A stretch of DNA of 64,000 bases from Clostridiales bacterium (GCA_015056545.1 SVGE01000001.1:93906-157905); one strand, 5' to 3'. Positions 1 to 9,652 are shown, counted from the stretch's first letter. Numbers and translations: made by a program. The notes: a model not told the origin generated them from the sequence alone.

Positions 1-368
1 AATTCTAATATTTCAATTTTATCTATATTATTAAACTCTTTTAATAATATATCAATTAAATTTTCAACTAATACTTCTGTATCACTTCTTGGAACTAATA
101 CATTTTCATTTACATATAACTCACAGTTCATAAATTCTTTTTTGTTTGTTATATATTCTAGTGGTTCATTATTAATTCTTCTATTAATACATTCAATAAA
201 TTTCAATTCATTTTCTTTTGATACAATATCCTCAGAATTAATAATTAATTGATGTTTTGATATATTTAAACAAAACTCTAACAATATATTTACTATAACA
301 ATACTGTCTTGTATATTATTTTTATTTAATAATTCAATTCCATATTTTTTTAATTCATTAATCGTCAT
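1..368 (-). CDS. prmC: Release factor glutamine methyltransferase PrmC/HemK, N-terminal part (gene continues past window start)
   Basis: Reverse-strand translation from ATG at 368-366 gives MTINELKKYGIELL...VLVPRSDTEVLVE. This is the PrmC N-terminal helical domain with the VLIPRPDTE-like motif. It lies 1 nt downstream of the DUF1385 gene, as in Firmicute prfA loci. Confidence 0.65.
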   Translation of the reverse strand, partial: MTINELKKYGIELLNKNNIQDSIVIVNILLEFCLNISKHQLIINSEDIVSKENELKFIECINRRINNEPLEYITNKKEFMNCELYVNENVLVPRSDTEVLVENLIDILLKEFNNIDKIEILE

Positions 369-369
369 A

Positions 370-1338
370 TTATTCCATTCCCATTGCTAATTTTAATGCT
401 TTTATTGCTACTTCTATTTGTTCTTCATCTGGTTCTCTTGTTGTTATTCTTTGTAACCATAAACCTGGTTTTGCAAATATCTTAAAAAATCTATTTTTAG
501 TTTTTCCTAAGAAACGTATAAATTCGTAAGAAATTCCAGCTATAACAGGTAATAATAATAATCTATATCCTATATTAATAAATATATTTGTACTTCTTCC
601 AATAATACTAAAAACAATAACACTTATTATTAAAACAATAATCATAAAATTAGTACCACATCTTGGATGAAAACGTTGTTGTTTTTTTACGTTTTCAACT
701 GTTAATTCAAGATTATTCTCATAGCAAAATATTGTTTTATGTTCTGCCCCATGATATTCAAATACTCTTTTAATATCTTTCATTTGTGCAACTAAAACAA
801 TATATCCTATAAATATTGTAAATTTAACTACACTTTCTACAACATTATATAATTTAACATTTTCTGTTGGTACTATAAAAGTAGAAATTAAGTTTGGCAG
901 GATTATAAATAATCCAATACTTAATAATAATCCTAAAACAACAGATACATATATTACTATATCTTTTGTTTCATCAGAAATATCTTCTTTAGGTTTATTT
1001 TTAGCCTCTCTTTTAGCTTTTTCTTTTTCAGTTTCTTCTACATCAAAAAACTTAGCTGAAAACATTAGCGCTTTTGTTCCCTCTACCATAGAACTAAAGA
1101 AATTAATTACACCTCTTAAAAAAGGAACTTTTTTTAGTTTTAATGTAATACTTTTAGAATTAGCTTTATCTACTTTTGTTACAATTTCGCCATCTAATTT
1201 TCTAACGGCAATAGCTGTTATATCACTGTTTTTCATCATAATACCTTCAATTAAAGCTTGCCCTCCAACGGCAAGGTTAGTAGAGCAAGTATTAATATTT
1301 TCGCATTTCTTTTGATTATCTTTATTTTTTTTACTCAT
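370..1338 (-). CDS. DUF1385 (YqhQ-like) membrane protein
   Basis: 322 aa with a GGQALIEGIMMK N-terminal motif, central hydrophobic helices and a conserved EHK region. This matches the DUF1385 family that commonly sits next to prmC. Confidence 0.6.
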   Translation of the reverse strand: MSKKNKDNQKKCENINTCSTNLAVGGQALIEGIMMKNSDITAIAVRKLDGEIVTKVDKANSKSITLKLKKVPFLRGVINFFSSMVEGTKALMFSAKFFDVEETEKEKAKREAKNKPKEDISDETKDIVIYVSVVLGLLLSIGLFIILPNLISTFIVPTENVKLYNVVESVVKFTIFIGYIVLVAQMKDIKRVFEYHGAEHKTIFCYENNLELTVENVKKQQRFHPRCGTNFMIIVLIISVIVFSIIGRSTNIFINIGYRLLLLPVIAGISYEFIRFLGKTKNRFFKIFAKPGLWLQRITTREPDEEQIEVAIKALKLAMGME

Positions 1339-1357
1339 ATTTTGTATCTCCTTATTG

Positions 1358-1879
1358 TTATAAATTATTTAATGTTTCAATAATTTGTTTATAACTAACA
1401 ATTATTGCATTTTGTTTTTCAATAGCACTATCTAAAACAGTTAAAACACTACTATCATAACCTTTAATTTTAACCATTTTTACAATTTCTTGTAACTGAT
1501 TTGCTTCATTCGCAATTGTAGCATTAGAAGTCTGCAAAAGATTAAGCATACTAGTTAATTGATTTAATAAATCTTGTGTTATAACTACTTCATTTCTTTT
1601 AATTTGTTCTAATAGTTTATCTACTTTATTTGATGCAGATTGTATTGAAGATAGAGCTTGTGCTTTTAATTCTTGTATTTTAATATTATTGTTTCTAATA
1701 ATATCAAATTTACTATCACGTGATTTTTTAAGCAACGCTCTCTCTTTTTTAATCTGTTCATATTTTTGTATAATTTCTTCTTCAGTCATACCATTTATAT
1801 TAGTCGCATATACAAAACTATTACAACACATTGAAAAAATTAATATTAAATTAAGAATAAAAATTAATATTTTTTTCAT
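1358..1879 (-). CDS. Hypothetical secreted coiled-coil protein
   Basis: 173 aa with an N-terminal signal peptide (MKKILIFILNLILIFSMC); the rest is heptad-rich. Confidence 0.4.
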   Translation of the reverse strand: MKKILIFILNLILIFSMCCNSFVYATNINGMTEEEIIQKYEQIKKERALLKKSRDSKFDIIRNNNIKIQELKAQALSSIQSASNKVDKLLEQIKRNEVVITQDLLNQLTSMLNLLQTSNATIANEANQLQEIVKMVKIKGYDSSVLTVLDSAIEKQNAIIVSYKQIIETLNNL

Positions 1880-1882
1880 ATT

Positions 1883-2341
1883 TTACTCCTCAATTTTAAT
1901 TTCTGAATTACTATCTAATATATCTTCATCTACAACACCTGTTGTTTTATCTATTGTTTCAAAAGATTTTTCCAATTCTTTTGATAACTCATTTAATAAA
2001 TCTTTACCTTGTTCATTTAACATTTGAGAATCAGATGAAATAATAACATTATTATCTGGAACATCTATTGTATTTTTATCTATTATATTTTCACCTTCAT
2101 TATTATTAACTTCTTCATCTTTATTTCCAACATTCGAATTATTATTTACATCAGTATTATTTTCACTATTATCTTGATTTATATTTTCATTTAATTTATT
2201 ATTAAAACTTTCTTCTAATTCTAATAATTTAGGATCTTTTCTAAAAAATGAAAACCATATTAAGAAAATACATAAAATTAATAATGTTGCTAAAATAATA
2301 TATTTTATATATTTTTTCATTTTACACTCCTTAAATTTCAA
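1883..2341 (-). CDS. Hypothetical membrane-anchored Asn/Asp/Glu-rich protein
   Basis: 152 aa with one N-terminal TM helix followed by a low-complexity acidic region. Confidence 0.35.
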   Translation of the reverse strand: MKFKECKMKKYIKYIILATLLILCIFLIWFSFFRKDPKLLELEESFNNKLNENINQDNSENNTDVNNNSNVGNKDEEVNNNEGENIIDKNTIDVPDNNVIISSDSQMLNEQGKDLLNELSKELEKSFETIDKTTGVVDEDILDSNSEIKIEE

Positions 2342-3716
2342 TTGTAATTACTGTACCATGTCCAACTTCTGATTCAACACTAATAGTTCCTTCATGTAAT
2401 TTAACCATATTTTGTACAATACTTAAACCAAGTCCTGCACCATTTGTTGCTGAACCATATTTATTTGCTGTATAAAATTTATCAAAAATGTATGGTATTT
2501 TTTCTTTTGGTATACCACACCCTGTATCTTCAATTCTAATAACAACATTTCTTCCTTTTGTTTTTGCAGATAACTTAATATATCCTTTTTGTGTAAATTT
2601 TAAAGAATTACTTATTATATTAATTATAACTTGTTTAATCTTATCTCTATCACCATTTAATAAAAGACCTTTTCTATAATCTTTAATTAATTCAATTCCT
2701 TTATTTTCAAATTCAGTATTAAATTCAACACATACATCATCTAAAAGATTAGTTAAATTAAATTTAACTTTATTTAAAGCAACTTTACCAGCCTCTATTT
2801 TAGTTAAATCTAACATATCTGTTGTTAATTCTTTTAGTCTATTTGCTTCATCATAAACAATTTTTATATATTTTTCATATTCATCTTGTTTAATTATTCC
2901 ATCAAGCATTCCTTTTAAAAAGCCAAGTATAGTTGTAAGTGGTGTTCTAAGTTCATGTGAAACATTAGCAACAAACTCTTTTCTAATACTTTCAGCTGCA
3001 TATATTTCTCTTTTCATTTCATTAAAAGATACGGCAAGTTTTGCTATTTCGTCTTTTCCTGAAACTTCTATGTCTTCTACTATTTCACCTTTACCAAGTT
3101 TTCTAGCATAATTAGAAATATTAGTTATTGGTTCTGAAATATTTTTAGAAATTACTAAAACAACAATTGAAGCAATAATAGTTATAAAAATCGCAATACA
3201 AATAATACCATAAATCATATTTTCAATTGTTGAAACAAATTCTTCAATTGGTGTAAATAACAATATTATTCCAGATATTTCACCATTATATATAAAAGGT
3301 GTACCTAAATACATAATATTATTTTCTGATTCTCTATTAAATAAACCCATTTTTACAATTGTTTCACCATCAATAACTTTAGATATATCATTTGCTATAT
3401 TTTCATTAGAAAAAATAGATACATCTTCCATATTATTAATTATTGTTTTATCTGGATTTAAAACATATATTTTTGTATTAGATGTATAACTCATTGCATC
3501 TATCCATGCAGTTAATTCTTTTTTAGTTATATCATTATTATAATATAGATTTAATTTTTCATCTATTTTACTAGCTATTGACATACTAGATATTTCAGCT
3601 TCTTCAGAATATTGTTTATAGAAAAAACCAATTGAAAAAGCTGTTAATAGCAAAATTATTAGTATTGCTAGTGTTATATATGTTACAACAAACTTTGTAT
3701 ATATATTTTTAAACAT
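2331..3716 (-). CDS. Sensor histidine kinase (2 TM, HAMP, HisKA, HATPase_c)
   Basis: H-box VSHELRTPLTTI and a G-box DTGCGIP...GLGLSIV, with two N-terminal TM segments. It immediately follows the response regulator gene. Confidence 0.85.
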   Translation of the reverse strand: MFKNIYTKFVVTYITLAILIILLLTAFSIGFFYKQYSEEAEISSMSIASKIDEKLNLYYNNDITKKELTAWIDAMSYTSNTKIYVLNPDKTIINNMEDVSIFSNENIANDISKVIDGETIVKMGLFNRESENNIMYLGTPFIYNGEISGIILLFTPIEEFVSTIENMIYGIICIAIFITIIASIVVLVISKNISEPITNISNYARKLGKGEIVEDIEVSGKDEIAKLAVSFNEMKREIYAAESIRKEFVANVSHELRTPLTTILGFLKGMLDGIIKQDEYEKYIKIVYDEANRLKELTTDMLDLTKIEAGKVALNKVKFNLTNLLDDVCVEFNTEFENKGIELIKDYRKGLLLNGDRDKIKQVIINIISNSLKFTQKGYIKLSAKTKGRNVVIRIEDTGCGIPKEKIPYIFDKFYTANKYGSATNGAGLGLSIVQNMVKLHEGTISVESEVGHGTVITIEI

Positions 3717-3718
3717 TA

Positions 3719-4444
3719 TTAACCTTCCTTAGTTTCAAATTTATATCCTACATTCCATATTGTTTTAATTTCCCATTTGTTATTTTTGCTTGCTAGCTTT
3801 TCTCTTAAGTTATTTATATGTACATCAACTGTTCTTGTTCCACCAAAATATTCATATCCCCATACTTTTTCAAGTAATTGGTCTCTACTAAATACTTGAT
3901 TTTTATTAGCAATAAAGAAATGGGCTAATTGCACTTCTTTTGGTTTTAAACCTGTAATAACATTTCCATCAAGAATAACTTCATATTTATCTAAATCTAT
4001 TGAAATATTATCAAATTTAACAGATGTGGCATTTGAACTTGTCTTTTCTTCTTTATTTCCATTACCTTCTTGTCTTCTTATATGTGCATTTACTCTTGCT
4101 AAAACTTCTTTTGGTTCAAATGGTTTAACAATATAGTCATCTGCACCAATATTTAAACCTTCTATTTTATTTTCCATTGTGTCTAATGCAGTAAGCATAA
4201 TTATTGGAACATCTGTAAAATTTCTCATAAGTTTACAAACTTCCCAACCACTTATAACTGGTAACATTATATCTAATAATATTAAATTAGGTTTAAACTC
4301 TTTTGCTTTATCTATTCCACTACTTCCATCATGTGCAAATTCAACCTCATAACCTTCATTCAATAGATATATTTTTAGTATTTCACATATATTTTTATCA
4401 TCATCTATAATTAATATTTTCTTATTAATAATAATCACTTCCAT
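3719..4444 (-). CDS. OmpR-family response regulator
   Basis: Receiver domain (ILIIDDD...LLDIMLP) plus a C-terminal winged helix (VWGYEYFGGTRTVDVHINNLREKL). Confidence 0.85.
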   Translation of the reverse strand: MEVIIINKKILIIDDDKNICEILKIYLLNEGYEVEFAHDGSSGIDKAKEFKPNLILLDIMLPVISGWEVCKLMRNFTDVPIIMLTALDTMENKIEGLNIGADDYIVKPFEPKEVLARVNAHIRRQEGNGNKEEKTSSNATSVKFDNISIDLDKYEVILDGNVITGLKPKEVQLAHFFIANKNQVFSRDQLLEKVWGYEYFGGTRTVDVHINNLREKLASKNNKWEIKTIWNVGYKFETKEG

Positions 4445-4505
4445 TTCATATATTTTTCCATTAATAATTATATATTAAAGCAATTAATTATTCAATAAAA
4501 AATAC

Positions 4506-4539
4506 AACAAAAAAGAGAAACTTTTAAATTTCTCTTTTT
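4506..4539 (-). terminator. Rho-independent terminator downstream of the LRR gene
   Basis: Hairpin agagaaa-cttttaaat-ttctct flanked by A/T runs. Confidence 0.5.
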
Positions 4540-4551
4540 ACAATAAACAAA

Positions 4552-5622
4552 TTAATTTATACTTGTATCTACTATTATTAGATCCTCTGGCATATCACCA
4601 TATGCGCTAAAACTATTTAGTAATAATTCCTTAACAGTCTCACTTCCTACTATATAAGTTGTATTTATTTCTTCATAATTAATTGATCCCTCATAAAATG
4701 CTTCTTCCTCTATTATTTCAACACTACTTGGTATTGTTACACTTTCAAAACTATTTGAAGAAAAAGCAGCAATTTTAATACATTTAACACTGTTTGGTAT
4801 TACAATATTTTTTGCATTAATACCATAAAAAGTAAATTCATTTATTATCTCAACTCCATGTGGTATATTTATAGTTGTTAAATTTCCACAACCTTCAAAG
4901 GCAGACGCACCAATTTCCTTTACAGTGCTTGGTAATACTATACTTGATATTGCAGTTCCAGAAAAAGCATATTCACCAATTGAAATAACTCCATTTGGTA
5001 TTGTTACATTTTCAAGATTAATACAGTTGTAAAATGCTTCATCAGCTATTGATACAATTCCTTCTGGTATTACTATGCTTTTATATTTATCTGGTACTGA
5101 ATAGTAAAGAATATCATCTTCTACATATTCTTCAGTTTTTTCAACTAAATCACTAAATCCTAATAGTATACCATCATCAGATATATTTAAATGTGGATAT
5201 TTTTCACTCAATGACTCTTCTTCTATTTTAGCTATTCCTAAATCTGCTAACCATGTACTATATGGGTTTTCTTCTCTCGAACCTAATATCATTTCACCAT
5301 TACTTATTACTATTAAATCTTTATACTCTTCTTTAAATTCTGGTATTAATCCTTGTATATCTACTAATTCTGTTGCATTTAATTCACTTTCTCCTCCATT
5401 ACCTGTTGCCAATTTTATTTGTTCCTCTGCTTTTTTTACTGCTAATATTTCTTGATATGTTCTTATATCACTTTTAAATACTGCTTCTTTTGCCCTATCT
5501 ATTATACCACCTTCCATAAATGTAACAATTACTGCAGCTGTTAATATTATTAGTACAATTATTGTTACGATTAAAGCAACTAGTGATATACCTGATGTTT
5601 TACTATTTCTTAAATTTTTCAT
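4552..5622 (-). CDS. BspA-type leucine-rich-repeat surface protein with prepilin-like N-terminus
   Basis: Probable ATG at 5622, preceded by the SD aaggagg. The N-terminus MKNLRNSKTSG/ISLVALIVTIIVLIILTAAVIV looks like a class III (type IV pilin) leader. The C-terminal half carries repeated ...IPxxVxxIGxxAFxxC..L..I.IP... units typical of BspA-like LRR_5. Confidence 0.6.
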   Translation of the reverse strand: MKNLRNSKTSGISLVALIVTIIVLIILTAAVIVTFMEGGIIDRAKEAVFKSDIRTYQEILAVKKAEEQIKLATGNGGESELNATELVDIQGLIPEFKEEYKDLIVISNGEMILGSREENPYSTWLADLGIAKIEEESLSEKYPHLNISDDGILLGFSDLVEKTEEYVEDDILYYSVPDKYKSIVIPEGIVSIADEAFYNCINLENVTIPNGVISIGEYAFSGTAISSIVLPSTVKEIGASAFEGCGNLTTINIPHGVEIINEFTFYGINAKNIVIPNSVKCIKIAAFSSNSFESVTIPSSVEIIEEEAFYEGSINYEEINTTYIVGSETVKELLLNSFSAYGDMPEDLIIVDTSIN

Positions 5623-5656
5623 AATCTTTTTCCTCCTTTTATTTTTAAATTTGTTA

Positions 5657-5677
5657 TTATACAATTTTATTGTATAA
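5657..5677. promoter_or_regulatory. Perfect 9-bp inverted repeat TTATACAAT-ttt-ATTGTATAA in the LRR-gene leader (candidate operator)
   Basis: Read directly from the sequence. It lies about 20 nt upstream of the SD of the LRR gene. Confidence 0.35.
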
Positions 5678-5897
5678 CACTTTTAATTTTACCTAAACTG
5701 TTTTGTTGTAGTTTTATTATTTTTCTTTTTATTACCTCCTTCCTCGGCTCTTTATTTTATTATTGCCAAAATATATTTTTATATTATTTGGACAAAACAA
5801 AAGAACCTAAGACTATACTACGTTTTTTCGTAATATATTCTTAAGTTCTTTGCAAAAATTGGCATGTCAATTAAAGATGTTTTTATACTATAAACAT

Positions 5898-5907
5898 CCC
5901 CCCCCCC
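5898..5907. repeat. Homopolymeric C10 (G10 on the minus strand) tract in a divergent intergenic region
   Basis: Ten consecutive C in a roughly 25 percent GC genome, between the LRR gene and the zinc-ribbon gene. Confidence 0.9.
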
Positions 5908-6026
5908 TAGTATTTAGCACTTTCTGGCACATTACTTTGGTTTTATTTGACATTTACTTACACCTCTTTTCTTGTTTGTAATATATCATATGTATTTCAT
6001 CATTTCAAGAGTTTTTTCATATTTAA

Positions 6027-6054
6027 TTGACTTTATCAACTACTATGATATAAT
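6027..6054 (+). promoter_or_regulatory. Sigma-A-like promoter TTGACT-16-TATAAT for the 6099 operon
   Basis: ttgact (6027-6032), a 16-nt spacer, tataat (6049-6054); the SD aaggagg precedes the ATG at 6099. Confidence 0.45.
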
Positions 6055-6098
6055 GTCATTGAATAAAAAAATGTTTTAAATATTAAGGAGGTTTTTTT

Positions 6099-7154
6099 AT
6101 GTCTATTACTAATCATAAATGTCCTAATTGTGAAGCGGGATTGCCTTTTAATCCAGAAAAAGGTCTATGGGTATGTGAATATTGTAAAAGTGAATTTACA
6201 GAAGAAGAATTAAATTCATATACTAAAAAAAGTGAAAAGAAAACAACTACTAGAAAGAAAAAAGAAGTTAATAATGAAAATATTGTTGAAATGGATATGT
6301 ATAGATGCCCAAGTTGTGGAGCTGAAATTTTAACAGATGAAAATACAACTGCTACTTTTTGTGTATATTGTAAAAATCCAGCTATAATTAAAGAAAGATT
6401 TAAAGGTGAATTTAATCCAGATTACATCATTCCATTTAAAAAAACTAAACAAGACGCAATTGAAGCTTTTAGTAGATTTTCAAAAGGTAAATTATTTACA
6501 CCAGATAGTTTTACTGATTATAACAATATTCAAGAAATATCTAGTATATATATACCTTTTTGGTTATATACATGTGATGTTAATGGTGAAATAAATGTTG
6601 ATGCAAGAAAAGTTAGAAGTTGGCGTAGTGGTGATTACAGATATACAGAAACTTCATATTATGATGTAACAAGAAATGGTGAATTAATATTCGATAGAGT
6701 TCCTACAGATGGTTCTACTGAATTTGATGATAATATTATGGACTCAATTGAACCATATGATTATTCTGAAATGACAGAATTTAATATGTCATATTTATCT
6801 GGTTTTTTATCTGAACATTATGATGTAAATAAAGATGATTCTTTTGAAAGAGCTGAAAATAGAATTAAAGAAACAACTAAAAATTATCTTAATAATGATA
6901 TACATGGTTACACAAGTAAAACTATTGCAAGTTCAAATATTACTATAGATAATTTAGATGCAAAATATGTATTATTACCTGTTTGGTTATTAAATACAAA
7001 GTATAATGATAAAATATATACTTTTGCTTTAAATGGTCAAACTGGTAAAATGGTAGGAAATATTCCAATTTGTAAGAAAAAACTAATCATTAAGTCTAGT
7101 ATTGTTGCTGGATTAACAGCTATAATTACAGCACTTATTACATATTTCGGTTAG
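6099..7154 (+). CDS. Double zinc-ribbon protein with C-terminal TM anchor
   Basis: Two CxxC...CxxC pairs (CPNCEAG...CEYCKSEF and CPSCGAE...CVYCKN) and a C-terminal hydrophobic helix. Confidence 0.5.
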   Translation: MSITNHKCPNCEAGLPFNPEKGLWVCEYCKSEFTEEELNSYTKKSEKKTTTRKKKEVNNENIVEMDMYRCPSCGAEILTDENTTATFCVYCKNPAIIKERFKGEFNPDYIIPFKKTKQDAIEAFSRFSKGKLFTPDSFTDYNNIQEISSIYIPFWLYTCDVNGEINVDARKVRSWRSGDYRYTETSYYDVTRNGELIFDRVPTDGSTEFDDNIMDSIEPYDYSEMTEFNMSYLSGFLSEHYDVNKDDSFERAENRIKETTKNYLNNDIHGYTSKTIASSNITIDNLDAKYVLLPVWLLNTKYNDKIYTFALNGQTGKMVGNIPICKKKLIIKSSIVAGLTAIITALITYFG

Positions 7155-7166
7155 GAGGTATTATAT

Positions 7167-8429
7167 ATGAAAAAAATTAAATTAAGTATTTTATTTATAC
7201 TAATTATTAATATATTAACAATTAATATATTTGCAACTGAATTAATACCACAAGTTGATACCTCTGAAAAAATATATGATTTTGCTAATATATTTAATAA
7301 TTCTGATGAAGAAACAATATATGATAGAATTATTTCTTCAATTTCTTCATATAATATGGATATTATTATAGTAACAATTGATGATAATCCATACACTACA
7401 GCTAATGAATTTGCAAAAGAATTCTATCTTGAAAATAACTTTGGTTTCTCAACTAACAAAAATGGTATTCTTTATTTAATAGATTTTGATAATCTTACTA
7501 CCTCTATTTATGCAAATGGAAATATATCTAAAATTTATACAAATAGTGTTTGCTCTACAATAAATAAATCTGTTAATGAATATTATAATAATGATGATTA
7601 TCTTTTATCTGCTTTTACTTTTTTAAATAATATAACTTTATATAGTTACAATAATAAATATAATCTTGATTTTGATACATCTAAAAAAGTATATGATTAT
7701 GCTAATTTATTAACTAGCTCGGAAGAAGAAAAATTATATAACCTAATAATGGACTATATAGACGAAACAAATTATGATATGGCAGTTGTTACAATAAATG
7801 ATAATCCTAAAAATAGTGCTATGATTTATGCTGATGATTTTTATGATTATAATGGTTTTGGACTAGATAGTGAATTTAGTGGAATATTATTTCTAATAGA
7901 TATGGATACTCGAGAAATGTGGATTTCTACTACTGGTAAATGTATTAATGCTTATACTGATAGTGAAATAGATATAATTCTTGATTATACATATGATGAA
8001 ATATCTGATAAAGATTATTATGGTTGTGCTAAAGTTTTTATAGAAAAAGCTGATTTATATCATACATCATATGGCTCTCCTTCAACTTCTAATAATTATT
8101 ATGATTACGATGATGACTATGGCTATGATTATGATTACGATAACGAAATATCTTTTGAAGTAGTTGTTGTCTTTACAATAATTATTACAGCATTATTTAT
8201 TGGTATAGCTACATCAAAACATAAAACTGCAAAAATAGCTACACAAGCTAATGCGTATGCTAGAAATTTTAAAATTACATATAGAAATGATATTTATCTT
8301 AGAAAAAACACTACAAAAACATATGACCCACCTTCTTCTAGTTCATCTAGTGGTGGAAGCAGTAGTCGCTCTTCTTCACATCGTAGTAGTAGCGGTAGAA
8401 GTCATGGTGGTGGCGGAAGAAGATTTTAA
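7167..8429 (+). CDS. TPM-domain (YgcG-like) protein with TM and Ser/Gly-rich tail
   Basis: Signal peptide, then two TPM/DUF477-like modules (YDFANIF...IIIVTIDD and YDYANLL...AVVTINDN). This is followed by an acidic DY-rich linker, a TM helix and a SSSSGGSSSRSSS...GGGGRRF tail. Confidence 0.6.
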   Translation: MKKIKLSILFILIINILTINIFATELIPQVDTSEKIYDFANIFNNSDEETIYDRIISSISSYNMDIIIVTIDDNPYTTANEFAKEFYLENNFGFSTNKNGILYLIDFDNLTTSIYANGNISKIYTNSVCSTINKSVNEYYNNDDYLLSAFTFLNNITLYSYNNKYNLDFDTSKKVYDYANLLTSSEEEKLYNLIMDYIDETNYDMAVVTINDNPKNSAMIYADDFYDYNGFGLDSEFSGILFLIDMDTREMWISTTGKCINAYTDSEIDIILDYTYDEISDKDYYGCAKVFIEKADLYHTSYGSPSTSNNYYDYDDDYGYDYDYDNEISFEVVVVFTIIITALFIGIATSKHKTAKIATQANAYARNFKITYRNDIYLRKNTTKTYDPPSSSSSSGGSSSRSSSHRSSSGRSHGGGGRRF

Positions 8430-8441
8430 TATTAATAAAAA

Positions 8442-8473
8442 ACAAGTTTTCAAAACGAAAACTTGTTTTTTTG
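8442..8473. terminator. Bidirectional rho-independent terminator
   Basis: acaagttttc-aaaac-gaaaacttgt followed by a T run, between convergent genes. Confidence 0.6.
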
Positions 8474-8475
8474 TT

Positions 8476-9273
8476 TTAAAATCGATTATAATCTTTAACA
8501 TTATTTTGTTTGCACCAATTAGCAAAGCCTTCTCTATTTTTACTTCTGAAATCATCTATAGAATATTCAGGATAATTCCACTTTTTATATATTTTGAAAT
8601 TACATAATTTTGCGTAATCCTCAAATTTAAAAGTAGTTCTGCGATTTGTGTCATATATATATTCACCTTTCATTATAAAGGCATGTGCATATAAAGGCAT
8701 ATCTTCTTCAAACACATCAGTTACTGCTCCCCATACAAGTGTAACATCCTTTAATATTCTTGCCAATTCTAATGAATAATAATAGCACAAATGGTTTGAT
8801 TCATTAGATAAAAGCTCCTCATAAAACCACTTGTCATATTTCTTTATTTTTTTCCACTCTTTACGAGTAACTGCCTTACTACCCGAAATTACAACTATTT
8901 TTCTAATAAAATCAGTTATTTTATGTGTTCTGTCAATAAAATCTTTATGTTTTCTTTTTTTAATTAATGTATAGTCAAAATTTCCTTTACCAACTTTATC
9001 TTCAATTTCAGCAACTTTTTCCATATTCTTTTTCTTTAGCCATTCTAATAATACAAAAAAATAAGCTATAAAAAGTAAAAGATATCCAACTATTTTGAAC
9101 TTAAATAAGATAAATATAACAGAAAATATTGTACAAATCATTGATAAAACAATATACCGATAAATTAAAAAAGTATACAAACCACATTCCAATTTATACA
9201 TTTGAGCAAATAAATCTAACTCATCTGTATATATATCATCCTTATAAAAAAACTTAGTAACTGCTGCTAACAT
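8476..9273 (-). CDS. Hypothetical membrane protein
   Basis: 265 aa with two N-terminal TM helices; the C-terminal domain matches no family I recognise. Confidence 0.35.
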   Translation of the reverse strand: MLAAVTKFFYKDDIYTDELDLFAQMYKLECGLYTFLIYRYIVLSMICTIFSVIFILFKFKIVGYLLLFIAYFFVLLEWLKKKNMEKVAEIEDKVGKGNFDYTLIKKRKHKDFIDRTHKITDFIRKIVVISGSKAVTRKEWKKIKKYDKWFYEELLSNESNHLCYYYSLELARILKDVTLVWGAVTDVFEEDMPLYAHAFIMKGEYIYDTNRRTTFKFEDYAKLCNFKIYKKWNYPEYSIDDFRSKNREGFANWCKQNNVKDYNRF

Positions 9274-9541
9274 TTCTCCACTCTCCTAAAATAATTTGAA
9301 TTTATAATTATTAATTTTTAACATTAATATTATACCACAATCTTATGTAAACTTCAACTTTGTTTGTATATAAGTTTTGGTTATATTTATAATAATTTTT
9401 TGGTATTTTACAAAATAGATTATATATACTAAAATATTATTGTAAATAAATTATTTAATATATTTTAGTTTTTTCTAATTTAGTAATTAAAAGTATCTTT
9501 TTAGATATTTTTAATAAATTTTAAAAGAAAGGAGAATTCAT

Positions 9542-9652
9542 ATGTGTAGTGGCGACCTTAATTATGATGATGACCTTAGCATGTATGTTGATGAAGATGG
9601 TAATGCCTATTATGACTCTGAAGGCAGAGAACCATATGGTGATGATGATTAA
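9542..9652 (+). CDS. Small acidic peptide (36 aa, Asp/Tyr-rich)
   Basis: Strong SD aaaggaga 6 nt before the ATG. ORF MCSGDLNYDDDLSMYVDEDGNAYYDSEGREPYGDDD. It has its own terminator downstream, and local GC is higher than the surroundings. Confidence 0.4.
   Translation: MCSGDLNYDDDLSMYVDEDGNAYYDSEGREPYGDDD

Noticed and set aside
1689-2027. Opposite-strand ORFs inside well-supported genes (for example 1689-2027, 2488-2679, 8251-8607, 11068-11460, 15256-15486, 24503-24817, 31681-31974, 40956-41204, 48998-49465, 58335-58694)
   Set aside because: They are antisense to strongly homologous genes, have low-complexity or hydrophobic composition typical of AT-rich shadow frames, and lack ribosome-binding sites.
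4552-5664. TTG-initiated N-terminal extensions in the ORF track (LRR gene at 5664, MscS gene at 34743) and upstream ATGs for eno, tpiA, fba and the NifU-like gene
   Set aside because: Internal ATGs with proper Shine-Dalgarno spacing give N-termini matching the conserved family starts ([10 protein letters not shown] for enolase, MRRKVIAGNWKMN for TpiA, MPIVTSTEMF for Fba), so the shorter starts were used.
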